Source of the DNA: Heteronotia binoei
Lineage: Eukaryota
Reading direction: 5' to 3'
Length of the DNA: 64,000 nt
Assembly: GCF_032191835.1 (NCBI RefSeq)
Contig: NC_083223.1
Location: 257,610,001-257,674,000, forward strand
Shown here piece by piece: positions 1-8,825 of the stretch (the stretch's first letter is position 1; every line of letters begins with the position of its first letter). The position numbers and the translations under genes were made by a program. The notes beneath the pieces are model-generated. The model saw only the letters and a list, made by a program, of their open reading frames with translations, was not told where the DNA came from and searched no databases.

Positions 1-8
1 ATTTAAGT

Positions 9-510
9 TAAGGTTGCCAATTCCCAAGTGGGGGCTGGGGATCCCCCGGTTTGGAGGCCCTCCCCTGCTTCAGGGTCATCAGAAAGTGTGTGGGTGGGAG
101 TGAAATGTCTGCTGAGCGCTCCATTATTCCCGATGGAGACCGATTCCGATAAGATATAATGGAAAATTGATCCATGGGTATCTGGGCTCTGTGGGGGGGG
201 GGGGGCTGCTTTTTGACATAGAGGCACCAAATTTGCAGCACAGCATCCGGTGCCTCTCCCCAAGATACCCTTCAAGTTTCAAAAGGATTGGACCAGGGGG
301 TCCAATTCTATGAGCCCCCAAAGAAGATGCCCCTATCCTTCATTATTTCCAATGGAGGGAAGACATTTAAAAGGTGTGCAGTCCCTTTAAATGTGATGGC
401 CAGAACTCCCTTTGGAGTACAGTTATGCTTGCCACACCCTGGCTCCTGGCTCCATCCCCAATGACCCCCAAAGCCCCCAGATATTTCTTGAATTGGACTT
501 GGCAACCCTA
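9..510. mobile_element. Non-autonomous hAT-type DNA transposon (TAGGGTTGCCA-terminus MITE family, long form)
   Basis: Termini taaggttgccaa / ttggcaacccta, flanked by a perfect 8-bp direct repeat atttaagt (1-8 and 511-518). Related copies lie at ~60.7-61.2 kb and ~62.05-62.54 kb. Confidence 0.8.
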
Positions 511-551
511 ATTTAAGTTCTTATGGATTTGTGGAAAGGAAGGCCATAGGG

Positions 552-648
552 AATAGACCAATCTTGTTGGATCTCGGAAACTATGCAGGGTTGGTGCTTG
601 GCTGGGAGATCACCAAGGAAGACTCAGCAGAGGAAGGACAATGGAAAA
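552..648 (+). mobile_element. 5S rRNA-derived SINE, 5' part (3' part resumes at 6431-~6500, after the DIRS insertion)
   Basis: gatctcggaaactatgcaggg...tgggagatcacc resembles the 5S rRNA core GATCTCGGAAGCTAAGCAGGG...GATGGGAGACC. It is followed by the family tail caatgg(a/c)aaa|c(t/c)acctc...ggggtcaccataa, which other copies in the window carry uninterrupted. Confidence 0.75.
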
Positions 649-858
649 AGACAGGTTGCCTACCTGTAACTGTAGATCTTCGAGTGGTCATCTGTGCATT
701 CACACTCATGGGATTGTGCGCCTGCGCCGATCCCCGAATCGGTATCTGAAAAAGCCCGGGATTTTTCCGCGCCCGGCGCCAGTGGGCATGCGCAGGCGTC
801 CCACTGCGCATGCCCACCAGCGCCCGCGCGGGGATCCCGCCAGTTCCTTCCTGACCGC
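649..858 (-). repeat. DIRS 3' inverted terminal repeat including its 3' extension
   Basis: 699-858 is the reverse complement of 6249-6408. 649-706 is the exact reverse complement of 911-968. Confidence 0.93.
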
Positions 859-910
859 TGGAAGCCCCTTACTGGAGGGAGACCGTCAGCAGTGGGGAAG
901 GAGGGCGGGT

Positions 911-1005
911 AGTGTGAATGCACAGATGACCACTCGAAGATCTACAGTTACAGGTAGGCAACCTGTCTATCTTCTTCGTGGTCTCTGTGCTTCACACTCA
1001 TGGGA
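911..1005 (-). repeat. DIRS internal complementary region (ICR)
   Basis: 911-968 is complementary to the element 3' end (649-706). 969-1005 is complementary to the element 5' end (6394-6430). The two are joined as in the circle junction (...cctgtct|atcttcttcg...). Confidence 0.93.
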
Positions 1006-1044
1006 GATTAGCAAGCAAAAGCATACCTGGAGGTGGGAAGACGG

Positions 1045-3891
1045 TCAGCCCAAAGAAACAGCCTGTAACACCGCAGCTCCCAACCGAGTCCTCTGCTGAG
1101 CATGCACGTCCAGTGCGTAGTGCTTCATGAAGGCATGCGGAGAAGACCAGGTAGCCGCTTTGCAGACATCAGAAAGGGACACACCCTTCAGGAATGCCAC
1201 CGACGTGGCCATCGCCCTTGTGGAGTGTCCACGAACAGGTCCAGGTAGAGGCTTCTTAGCCAACAAATAACAAAGTTTGATCGTCTCAGTGAGCCACTTG
1301 GAAAGTCTTTGAGACGAAATTTTGGACCCTAACTTGGGGGCAGAATAGGAGACAAAAAGCTGATTGTCCTTACGGAAACCCCGTGAACGATCCAAATAAA
1401 ACAGGAGGGCACGCTTAACATCTAATGCATGCAGCCTGCGTTCCTCATCCGAGGAAGGGCTAGGGTAAAAAGTGGGCAACCAAACTTCTAAGTTAAGGTG
1501 AAACTGGGAAACCACTTTCGGGAGAAATGTAATGTCCGGGGCCAAAGATACCCCAGCCTCCCTAAAGGCAAGGTATGGGTAATCACACCGCATCGCCGTG
1601 AGTTCCCCCACACGACGCGCCGAAGTGATGGCAACTAAGAATGCAGTCTTCCAAGACAAAAGATGCAGGGAACACGTTGCCATGGGTTCAAAGGGACGGC
1701 GAGTCAACTTGTCCAAAACCAGAGTCAAGTCCCACAACTGTGGAGGGGATCTAGAAGGGGGATGAAGGCGGAACAGCCCTTTCATGAACCTTTTGGACTG
1801 CGGGTGAGCAAAAACAGAGTAACCCTCAACTGAACCATGGAAAGCAGAAATAGCTGCTAAGTAGACCTTGATGGAGGAGAATACCAGCCCCTCGTCCACC
1901 AAAGACAAAAGAAACTCAAAAACTGCCGATAGCCCAACAGAGTCCGGCGGCATTGAGGAGTCAGCCACAAATTTACTAAACTTCTTCCACTTCCTCTCAT
2001 AAGAGGCACGGGTGGAAGGTTTCCTGCTGCTTTGGAGCACCTGCTGGACCCTGGTGGAAAAGTCTAGTGGTCGATGAACCACGCTGTCAGCTTCAGGTGC
2101 GGCACGTTGTGATGGAACACGTGCCCGCCCTGGGCCGACAACAGGTCCGGTTCTGCCGGAAACTGGTAAAAGATCCCCCTCGACTGCTGGAGCAGAATCG
2201 AGAACCAGCTCTGACGGGGCCACCACGGAGTCACCAGAATGCAACGCGGCTTCTCCTGCACTAGCTTGTGGACCACCCTCGTCAGCAGAGGTAGGGGCGG
2301 GAACATGTACAGGAACCAGCCCCCCCATTGAAGTAGAAGTCCGTCTCCCAAGGAAGCCGGATCCGCACCTCTCCTGGCACAGAACAAGGGGCACTTCTTG
2401 TTCTGCGCTGTGGCAAAGACATCCAGCTGCGGGTAACCCCAAAGCTGGAACACCGGCTCCAGGAACCTCCATTGCAGCTCCCATTCGTGTGGGGAGGCTC
2501 CACCCCTGCTGAGAGAGTCCGCCTGTATGTTGAGGACCCCCGGCAGATGTGTAGCCTTCACAAAAATGTCCCATTGGAGGCACTCCTCCCAGAGATCTAC
2601 TGCCAGCGAGCACAGCCTGCGAGACACTGTCCCCCCCTGTCTGTTTATATAACACAGGGCAGTGGTATTGTCCGTAAGCAACGCTACAGTCTTTCCCGCT
2701 AACAGTGGGCGGAAGGATCGAAGGGCAAAGTGAACTGCCAGCAGTTCTAGATAGTTTATATGGCACCGGCTCAATTTCGGTGTCCACTTGCCTCCCACAC
2801 ATAGATCTTCCAGGTGAGCTCCCCACCCCCACATGGAAGCATCGGTGGCGATGGTCACTGTAGGGGCCGGCAGATGAAAAGGAGCCCCTTGGCAGATGTT
2901 GCTCTCTGCTCCCCACCATTGCAGTGAACAGAGAGTCCCGGGTGGGATGGTGAACCTCTTTCGAGGTGAGTCTCTGAGAGGTCGAAAATGGCGCAAGAAC
3001 CATAACTGTAGGCCTCTCATGTGCAGTCTTGCGAAGCGTAGCACGCTTGTCGTCGCAGCCATCAACCCCAGCATCCGCTGGAGCTGCTGGGCCGTGCCCC
3101 ACTGCCGCCTTCGGAGAAGATGTACCAGATCGATGATGTCCTTCGCTCTCTGTGAAGGAAGGAATGCTCGATGCTGCTGTGTGTCCAACAGAGCCCCTAT
3201 GAATTGAACTGTCTTTGAAGGAGTGAGATGGGACTTCTCCAGGTTGACCTGCAACCCCAGGGTGCCGAGAAGACGCAGAGTAATGGCAATGTGCGTTGTT
3301 AGATCCTCCCTCGACTTCGCCACAAGAAGCCAGTCGTCGATGTATGGGAAGACGACGACTCCCCGCAGACGAAGGTGGGCAGCCACCACGCTCATCAGCT
3401 TCGTGAACACCCGAGGAGCAGTAGACAGTCCAAACGGCAGGGCCCTGAATTGGAAGTGCCGAGCACCTACTGCAAACCTTAGGAAACGCCTGAACGCAGG
3501 ATGGATGCTGACATGAAAGTAGGCATCCTTGAGGTCCAGGGTCGCCATCCAGTCCCCTTGATTGATGAGGGGCAGGATTGTTTGCAGCGTGGCCATCCTG
3601 AACTTCTGGTACCGAATAAATTTGTTCAGACTCCGAAGGTCCATGATAGGCCTCAAGCCCCCGTCCCGTTTGGGGACCAGGAAGTAGCGGGAGTAGAAAC
3701 CTCCTGTCCTGGCCTCCAATGGAACTTCCTCTATGGCTTGTTTCTGTAGGAGGTTGTTCACCTCCGCCAGCAGAGGTGGGGAAGGGGAAGTGGTAACTAC
3801 CACGGACTGGTCTGGGGTCTGAACAAACTCTATTTTGTAGCCCTCTTTCACGATGGACAGAGCCCACCTGTCTGTAGAGATCAACTCCCAA
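1045..3891 (-). CDS. DIRS ORF3, tyrosine recombinase (long N-terminal part overlaps the RT ORF in another frame)
   Basis: 948-aa open ORF. The C-terminal part has lambda-integrase-type catalytic motifs TSARRVGEL (R), HSTR (HxxR), ATWSS (W) and KHY (Y). The true start codon is uncertain. Confidence 0.9.
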   Translation of the reverse strand: MGVDLYRQVGSVHRERGLQNRVCSDPRPVRGSYHFPFPTSAGGGEQPPTETSHRGSSIGGQDRRFLLPLLPGPQTGRGLEAYHGPSESEQIYSVPEVQDGHAANNPAPHQSRGLDGDPGPQGCLLSCQHPSCVQAFPKVCSRCSALPIQGPAVWTVYCSSGVHEADERGGCPPSSAGSRRLPIHRRLASCGEVEGGSNNAHCHYSASSRHPGVAGQPGEVPSHSFKDSSIHRGSVGHTAASSIPSFTESEGHHRSGTSSPKAAVGHGPAAPADAGVDGCDDKRATLRKTAHERPTVMVLAPFSTSQRLTSKEVHHPTRDSLFTAMVGSREQHLPRGSFSSAGPYSDHRHRCFHVGVGSSPGRSMCGRQVDTEIEPVPYKLSRTAGSSLCPSILPPTVSGKDCSVAYGQYHCPVLYKQTGGDSVSQAVLAGSRSLGGVPPMGHFCEGYTSAGGPQHTGGLSQQGWSLPTRMGAAMEVPGAGVPALGLPAAGCLCHSAEQEVPLVLCQERCGSGFLGRRTSTSMGGLVPVHVPAPTSADEGGPQASAGEAALHSGDSVVAPSELVLDSAPAVEGDLLPVSGRTGPVVGPGRARVPSQRAAPEADSVVHRPLDFSTRVQQVLQSSRKPSTRASYERKWKKFSKFVADSSMPPDSVGLSAVFEFLLSLVDEGLVFSSIKVYLAAISAFHGSVEGYSVFAHPQSKRFMKGLFRLHPPSRSPPQLWDLTLVLDKLTRRPFEPMATCSLHLLSWKTAFLVAITSARRVGELTAMRCDYPYLAFREAGVSLAPDITFLPKVVSQFHLNLEVWLPTFYPSPSSDEERRLHALDVKRALLFYLDRSRGFRKDNQLFVSYSAPKLGSKISSQRLSKWLTETIKLCYLLAKKPLPGPVRGHSTRAMATSVAFLKGVSLSDVCKAATWSSPHAFMKHYALDVHAQQRTRLGAAVLQAVSLG

Positions 3892-4268
3892 GCAGGTAGG
3901 AAAGGGCGAAGGCGGATAGAAGGATTTCCCGTAGGGGCGACGACGCGTGCTTGCAGAAAGTCAAACTCCCTGCTTCTGGGAGCGAGCCCCCTTAGACTTA
4001 TTAGGAGGTTGTGACCCGTAACGGTTCCTGCCGTTACCCGGATAAGGTGATCGTTCAGGCTGGGCAGGGCGGGGACGCCATTGCTCAGGGGAGACCTTCT
4101 GATAGGGTTTCTTGGTCCAGGGTTTAGACCATTGCTTGGATCTGGAAGCCCTAGGGGTAGATTGGACGCCCAAGTTCTTAGAGGTCTTGACACTCTTGTC
4201 GAACTCTTGCAGCGCCGAGTCAGTTGTGGTGCTGAAGAGCCCGTCCCCTTCAAAAGGCAGGTCTTCAA
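2064..4268 (-). CDS. DIRS ORF2, reverse transcriptase - RNase H - methyltransferase-like domain
   Basis: 734-aa open ORF with RT motifs LDLKDAYFH, LPFGL and FPYIDDWLL. RNase H motifs TDAS, HINYLELLAV, TDNTT, ADSLSR. C-terminal DVFATAQNKKC...LYMFPP matches the DIRS1 MT-like region. Confidence 0.95.
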   Translation of the reverse strand: MKTCLLKGTGSSAPQLTRRCKSSTRVSRPLRTWASNLPLGLPDPSNGLNPGPRNPIRRSPLSNGVPALPSLNDHLIRVTAGTVTGHNLLISLRGLAPRSREFDFLQARVVAPTGNPSIRLRPFLPAWELISTDRWALSIVKEGYKIEFVQTPDQSVVVTTSPSPPLLAEVNNLLQKQAIEEVPLEARTGGFYSRYFLVPKRDGGLRPIMDLRSLNKFIRYQKFRMATLQTILPLINQGDWMATLDLKDAYFHVSIHPAFRRFLRFAVGARHFQFRALPFGLSTAPRVFTKLMSVVAAHLRLRGVVVFPYIDDWLLVAKSREDLTTHIAITLRLLGTLGLQVNLEKSHLTPSKTVQFIGALLDTQQHRAFLPSQRAKDIIDLVHLLRRRQWGTAQQLQRMLGLMAATTSVLRFARLHMRGLQLWFLRHFRPLRDSPRKRFTIPPGTLCSLQWWGAESNICQGAPFHLPAPTVTIATDASMWGWGAHLEDLCVGGKWTPKLSRCHINYLELLAVHFALRSFRPLLAGKTVALLTDNTTALCYINRQGGTVSRRLCSLAVDLWEECLQWDIFVKATHLPGVLNIQADSLSRGGASPHEWELQWRFLEPVFQLWGYPQLDVFATAQNKKCPLFCARRGADPASLGDGLLLQWGGWFLYMFPPLPLLTRVVHKLVQEKPRCILVTPWWPRQSWFSILLQQSRGIFYQFPAEPDLLSAQGGHVFHHNVPHLKLTAWFIDH

Positions 4269-6015
4269 TGAAGGTTTTCGTGTCCTGGTGGAGTGCCGTA
4301 GATCTGAGCCAGGAGTGCCGCCGAATGCAGACTGCAGAGGTTATTTGTTTGGCTGAGGCTTCCACCATATGTTTCGCTGCAGCCAGTTGTTGTCTGGCCA
4401 CAGCGAGACCTTCTTTCTGTAACTTGGTTGCAGCAGCCCTCTTGTCTTCACTCAAAGAGGAGAGGAGGGGGGAAAGCTGTTCCCACACGGCATACTGATA
4501 TCTAGCCATGCAGGCTGCATAGTTAGACACCTTGATGCCGAGTGCCCCCGCGGAATAGACCTTGCGGCCCATTCCATCGATCTTCCTCCCTTCTTTATCC
4601 GGTGGGGAGGAGTGGACCTTCCTTGCCTTTGCGGAGGAAGAGACTACCACTGAGTTAGGGCGCGGGTGGGTGAATAGAAATTCAGCCCCAGTCTCTTGGA
4701 CCCTATACATGTGGTCCAGCCGTTTCGATGAGACGGGCGTCGATGAAGGTTTTGCCCAAGGTTCCTTAACCACCTGGAGGATCACCTTGGTAACCGGCAG
4801 GGCAACCGCAGTGGACGTGTTCCTTTGCATTATGTCGAACACATTGTCGTCCACTACGGGTTCTGGCTGGGTCACAGGCAGTCTGAGGGTGGCAGCAATC
4901 CGCTTCACAAGGTCCCCATAGGACTTCAGGTCTTCCGAAGGGGAAATCGGGAGATCCTCGGCCGTCTGGGAACCAGGTGAAGGTTCCAAATCTTGAACTT
5001 CACTCTCCGCCTCCGATGATGAGGAGTCTTGATGAGTGGAGTGCTCCGAGAGCATCGGGGTCGATTCTCTCGGTGGAAGGACCGGTGGTCTTCGAGCAGC
5101 TTCTACCGGAACCAATTGTCGATCCGGGGGAACCGACGCCGACGCCTTTCGGGATCGGTGCGATACTCTCGACATCGAGGAGAGTTGTGAAGCCTGCTCC
5201 CAGTCTGGATAGTCGTCCGGGTACCAACGACAGGTCTCGTACCGGGAGTAGGGAGGCTGCCACCGGCGCTGCTCCCACGGTGGTATCGGGAAGCGCTGAG
5301 GTGCGTAGAATGTGTCACGCCTGACTCGGGGCTTGAACGGTGGGTCAATGACCGGTGTCGATGCGTCAACCTCCGAGGTCGATTCGCTGGCTGAGCGACG
5401 GCGTGAACCCGACGATGAAGACCGCTGAGTCAGGTCGATCTCGGGTTCTTGTTCCGACGCCGACAGGCGCTGCTGGGCCGATGGGCTACGGCGCGGAGAC
5501 GCCCTAGTCTTCTGCGCCGGTTTTGTTGACGTCGACGCCGACGCATCGCCCGATGGAGAAGGAGTGCGGGGTCTTTTTCGCTTCTCCTTCGACTTCGCCT
5601 TTTTCGGAGCTCGGGTCCCCGAGTCCTTCCGGCGTTTCTCAGCGGGCGTATCCACCGAGCCCTCATGGGAACGTTTCGTGGAGCCACGCTCTTCCGGCGA
5701 ATCCAAAGTCAGTATCGGAGCAGCATCAGCCGATGCAAGCTCCAGAGCCGGAGTTTCGGTCGACTTCGGTGCCGACACCTCCATCGGTCGAAGAGGTCGA
5801 AGCGCCGATTCGGTGAGCGCTGCCGCCAGCCGAGCCGCTCGGTTTTTTCTGGTTTGTTTCGAAAACCGGAGGCAATGCGAGCAGGCCTCTACGCGGTGCG
5901 ACTCTCCCAGGCACAACAGGCAGAGGGAATGGCCGTCCGGAGGGGCGATCTTCTTCCCACAAGCACGGCAGCGCTTGAAAAACCCCCAGCGACTTTCCAT
6001 AGACGACAGTCGCAC
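3961..6015 (-). CDS. DIRS ORF1, gag-like protein
   Basis: 684-aa open ORF. N-terminal Cys/His finger CRAC...DGHSLCLLCLGESH...CSHC, a Ser/Pro/Arg-rich linker, and a C-terminal helical region of the kind found in vertebrate DIRS1 gag (LAP2alpha-related). Confidence 0.88.
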   Translation of the reverse strand: MRLSSMESRWGFFKRCRACGKKIAPPDGHSLCLLCLGESHRVEACSHCLRFSKQTRKNRAARLAAALTESALRPLRPMEVSAPKSTETPALELASADAAPILTLDSPEERGSTKRSHEGSVDTPAEKRRKDSGTRAPKKAKSKEKRKRPRTPSPSGDASASTSTKPAQKTRASPRRSPSAQQRLSASEQEPEIDLTQRSSSSGSRRRSASESTSEVDASTPVIDPPFKPRVRRDTFYAPQRFPIPPWEQRRWQPPYSRYETCRWYPDDYPDWEQASQLSSMSRVSHRSRKASASVPPDRQLVPVEAARRPPVLPPRESTPMLSEHSTHQDSSSSEAESEVQDLEPSPGSQTAEDLPISPSEDLKSYGDLVKRIAATLRLPVTQPEPVVDDNVFDIMQRNTSTAVALPVTKVILQVVKEPWAKPSSTPVSSKRLDHMYRVQETGAEFLFTHPRPNSVVVSSSAKARKVHSSPPDKEGRKIDGMGRKVYSAGALGIKVSNYAACMARYQYAVWEQLSPLLSSLSEDKRAAATKLQKEGLAVARQQLAAAKHMVEASAKQITSAVCIRRHSWLRSTALHQDTKTFIEDLPFEGDGLFSTTTDSALQEFDKSVKTSKNLGVQSTPRASRSKQWSKPWTKKPYQKVSPEQWRPRPAQPERSPYPGNGRNRYGSQPPNKSKGARSQKQGV

Positions 6016-6248
6016 GGAAAAAACTACTCAGAAGGTCTGAGAGAAAAACGGGGGGAAAAGCGCGCGAACGGAATACCCCGAAGGGTAATCCGCTAGACAA
6101 CCTAAGAAACGCTTTTTTGTTGTTGTTGTTTTTAACACTAACTAACTATAACTACAGTAACTAACTAACTAACTATTTAAGAACGATAACGGGCAAAAAG
6201 AGAAAATCTCACCGACCGGGGAAACCGAAAGGAACACCTCTCAGCGCG

Positions 6249-6430
6249 GCGGTCAGAAAGGAACTGGCGGGATCCCCGCGCGGGCGCTGGTGGGCATGCG
6301 CAGTGGGACGCCTGCGCATGCCCACTGGCGCCGGGCGCGGAAAAATCCCGGGCTTTTTCAGATACCGATTCGGGGATCGGCGCAGGCGCACAATCCCATG
6401 AGTGTGAAGCACAGAGACCACGAAGAAGAT
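6249..6430 (-). repeat. DIRS 5' inverted terminal repeat
   Basis: Reverse complement of 699-858, plus the terminal segment mirrored in the ICR. Confidence 0.93.
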
Positions 6431-6940
6431 CTACCTCAGCTTCTCACTTGCCTGGAAAGCCCCTTGCTGGGGTCACCATAAATTGGTTGCAACTTGGCAG
6501 GACTTTGTATGTATTTATGGGTTTGCACATCCTCCGCTGTATTGTCAGTGGAATATAATGCCTGCTAGATCAGGAGGAGGATCCATTTGGGAAAACATCT
6601 TGTTTCCAAATGTTGTCAAACAGATATCCCTGGGAAACTCACAAGAAGGGCATAAAAGCAATAGCTAGTGCTACCCTGCAATTCCCAGAAACTAGTATTC
6701 AGAGATATGCGATCTCTTTATTTGAAAGTTCCATTTAGCTATCATGGCTTTTATTAACACCTCCCATTAATTTCTCTAACATCTTGTAAAATCACTTAAG
6801 CCAGTGACCATTATTAAATTCCACTAAGAAGAACATAAGAAGAGTCCTGCTGGATAAGACTAGTGGTCCATCTAGTCCAGCATCCTGTTTCACATAGTAG
6901 CCAACCAGTTCCTTTGGAGGGCCAACAACAGGGTATAGAG

Positions 6941-7514
6941 CAGGGGTGTCAAACATGCAGTTTGGGGGCTGAATCAGACCCCCAGAGGGCTCCTATCAGG
7001 CCCCCGAGCAACTGGCTGTCATCTGCTTCCTTCTCCCTCTCTCTTGCTTCCTTCTGCATAACAGCTTGCTTTGCCAGGCTTGCTCAATTGCACAGGAACT
7101 ACAGAGCAAAACCTCTATTTTCTCCATTGATTGAGGCTCCTGCCTTGGGGAGAAAGGGGGGAGGAACAGCTTGCTTTGCCAGGCTCTCTCAATTGCACAG
7201 TAGAGCTACTGAGCCAAGCCTCTCTTCCCTCTATTGACTGAGGCTCCTCCCTCCCAGTCCTTTGCCCAGTTCCCTAGATCCCATGGGAGAAATACAAAGA
7301 AAGGACCTTTAAGACCAATGAGTGTTAATGTTTTAGATTTTTAAAAATATATATATTTCTATTGGTCAGCGTTCATTATAAAATGTATATCTCTGCTACC
7401 TAATCTTAAATAGGTACACACATGGCCCAACATGGCTTGGCTCAACCCAACATGGCCCGGCCCTTCAAGGTCTCATTTATGTCAGATCCAGCGCTCATGA
7501 ATTCAACACCCCTG
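6941..7514 (+). mobile_element. hAT/Charlie-type MITE (CAGGGGTGTCAAAC termini) nested in an older interspersed repeat
   Basis: TIRs caggggtgtcaaac / ttcaacacccctg, with TSD gtatagag (6933-6940) and ttatagag (7515-7522), 7 of 8 matching. Confidence 0.8.
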
Positions 7515-8180
7515 TTATAGAGGCAAGGCTATCCCCTGATAAGAAGAGCCCAGCTGGATCAGACCAGTGGCCCATCTAGTCCAACATCCTATATCGTACA
7601 GAAGCCAGCCAGTAGGTCTAACGAAGAGGCACAGAGTCCAAGGCCTTCACAGGAACACAAGAAGAGCCCTGCTGGATCTGACTAATGGTCCATCTAGTCT
7701 AGCATCTTGTCTTGCACAGTGGCCTCAACCAGCTTCTCTGGAGGGCAAACAAAGTGTGTTTAAGGCCGAGGTTTTCCCCTGATGCTGCCTCGTGGCTCTG
7801 GGATTCAGAGGTTTAGTGCTTCTGGAGGTTCCCCTCAGCCACCAAGGCTAGTAGCCACTGCTAGACCTATCCTCCATTAATTTATATAATCCCCTTTTAA
7901 AGCTGTTTATTCCTGTGGCCATCACAGCATCCTCTGGCAGCAAATTCCACATTTTAATCTGTGTAAAGAAGTATTTCTATCCTGAACCTACTGCCCATCA
8001 GCTTCATTGGATGCCCTCAAGTTCTACTATTTTGGAAGAGTGAGAAAAATTTTCTCTTCGTCAACTCTACCCCAGGCATCATTACTTCTATCATGTCCCC
8101 CAGGAAGGGCCACAACTGCCTCACCAGTCAAAGCTGGTAAATGGTAACCCTGGCCAATGCTACCACTGGTTTATCTAACA

Positions 8181-8825
8181 CAGAGGTGTCAAGCATGTAG
8201 CCTAAGGACTGAATCAGGCCCCTGGAGGGCTCTTATCAGGCCCATGAGCACCTCACTGTCATCTGCTTCCTTCCCTCTCCCTCTTGCTTCTTTCTGAATC
8301 ATAGCTTGCTTTGCCAGGCTTGCTCAATCACACAAGAGCTACAGAACAAAGCCTCTATCTTCTCCATTGGCTGACCAGTACGTGAAGCAACTTATGTACA
8401 AAAGCTCACAATGCCCAGCCATTTCATGTTTCCCCCTGGATCTTAGACTCAAAGCACTGACCATGAGTTTTCTGTAATGGATGTCAATAAATCAAAAATA
8501 GGTTTGCAATTTACATACACACCCCTGAACAACACCTGAACAGTATACTCAAGATTGCTACAGCACAGACATTATCTCCAGATTTTGACGCAATAATTCA
8601 TAGCAGGAGGTGTCAGTTATCAGAGACAGTTAAATAAACAAAATATTACAAGAGTGCTAATCTTTTAAGCATATTTTAAGTTTTTTAAAAAATTTGTGTT
8701 TGTTTGCATCTTTTATAAAATTTATATCTTCGCTACCTGGCATTACATTTTATGATACACATGGCCTGACAAGGTCTCATTTATGTCAGATCTGGCCCTC
8801 ATAACAAATGAGTTTGACACCCTTG
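8181..8825 (+). mobile_element. hAT/Charlie-type MITE, same family as 6941-7514
   Basis: Degenerate TIRs and a perfect 8-bp TSD atctaaca (8173-8180, 8826-8833). Internal sequence is shared with 6941-7514 and ~10872-11466. Confidence 0.8.

Larger units (their letters stand above)
649..6430 (-). mobile_element. Full-length DIRS1-type tyrosine-recombinase retrotransposon
   Basis: Carries gag, RT/RNaseH/MT and YR ORFs on -. Inverted terminal repeats (699-858 vs 6249-6408, 160 bp, 1 mismatch), an internal complementary region at 911-1005, and no target-site duplication. Confidence 0.97.

Noticed and set aside
641-1099. ORFs in the DIRS termini and antisense ORFs at 4081-6096
   Set aside because: By-products of GC-rich repeats and of the antisense strand of long real ORFs.
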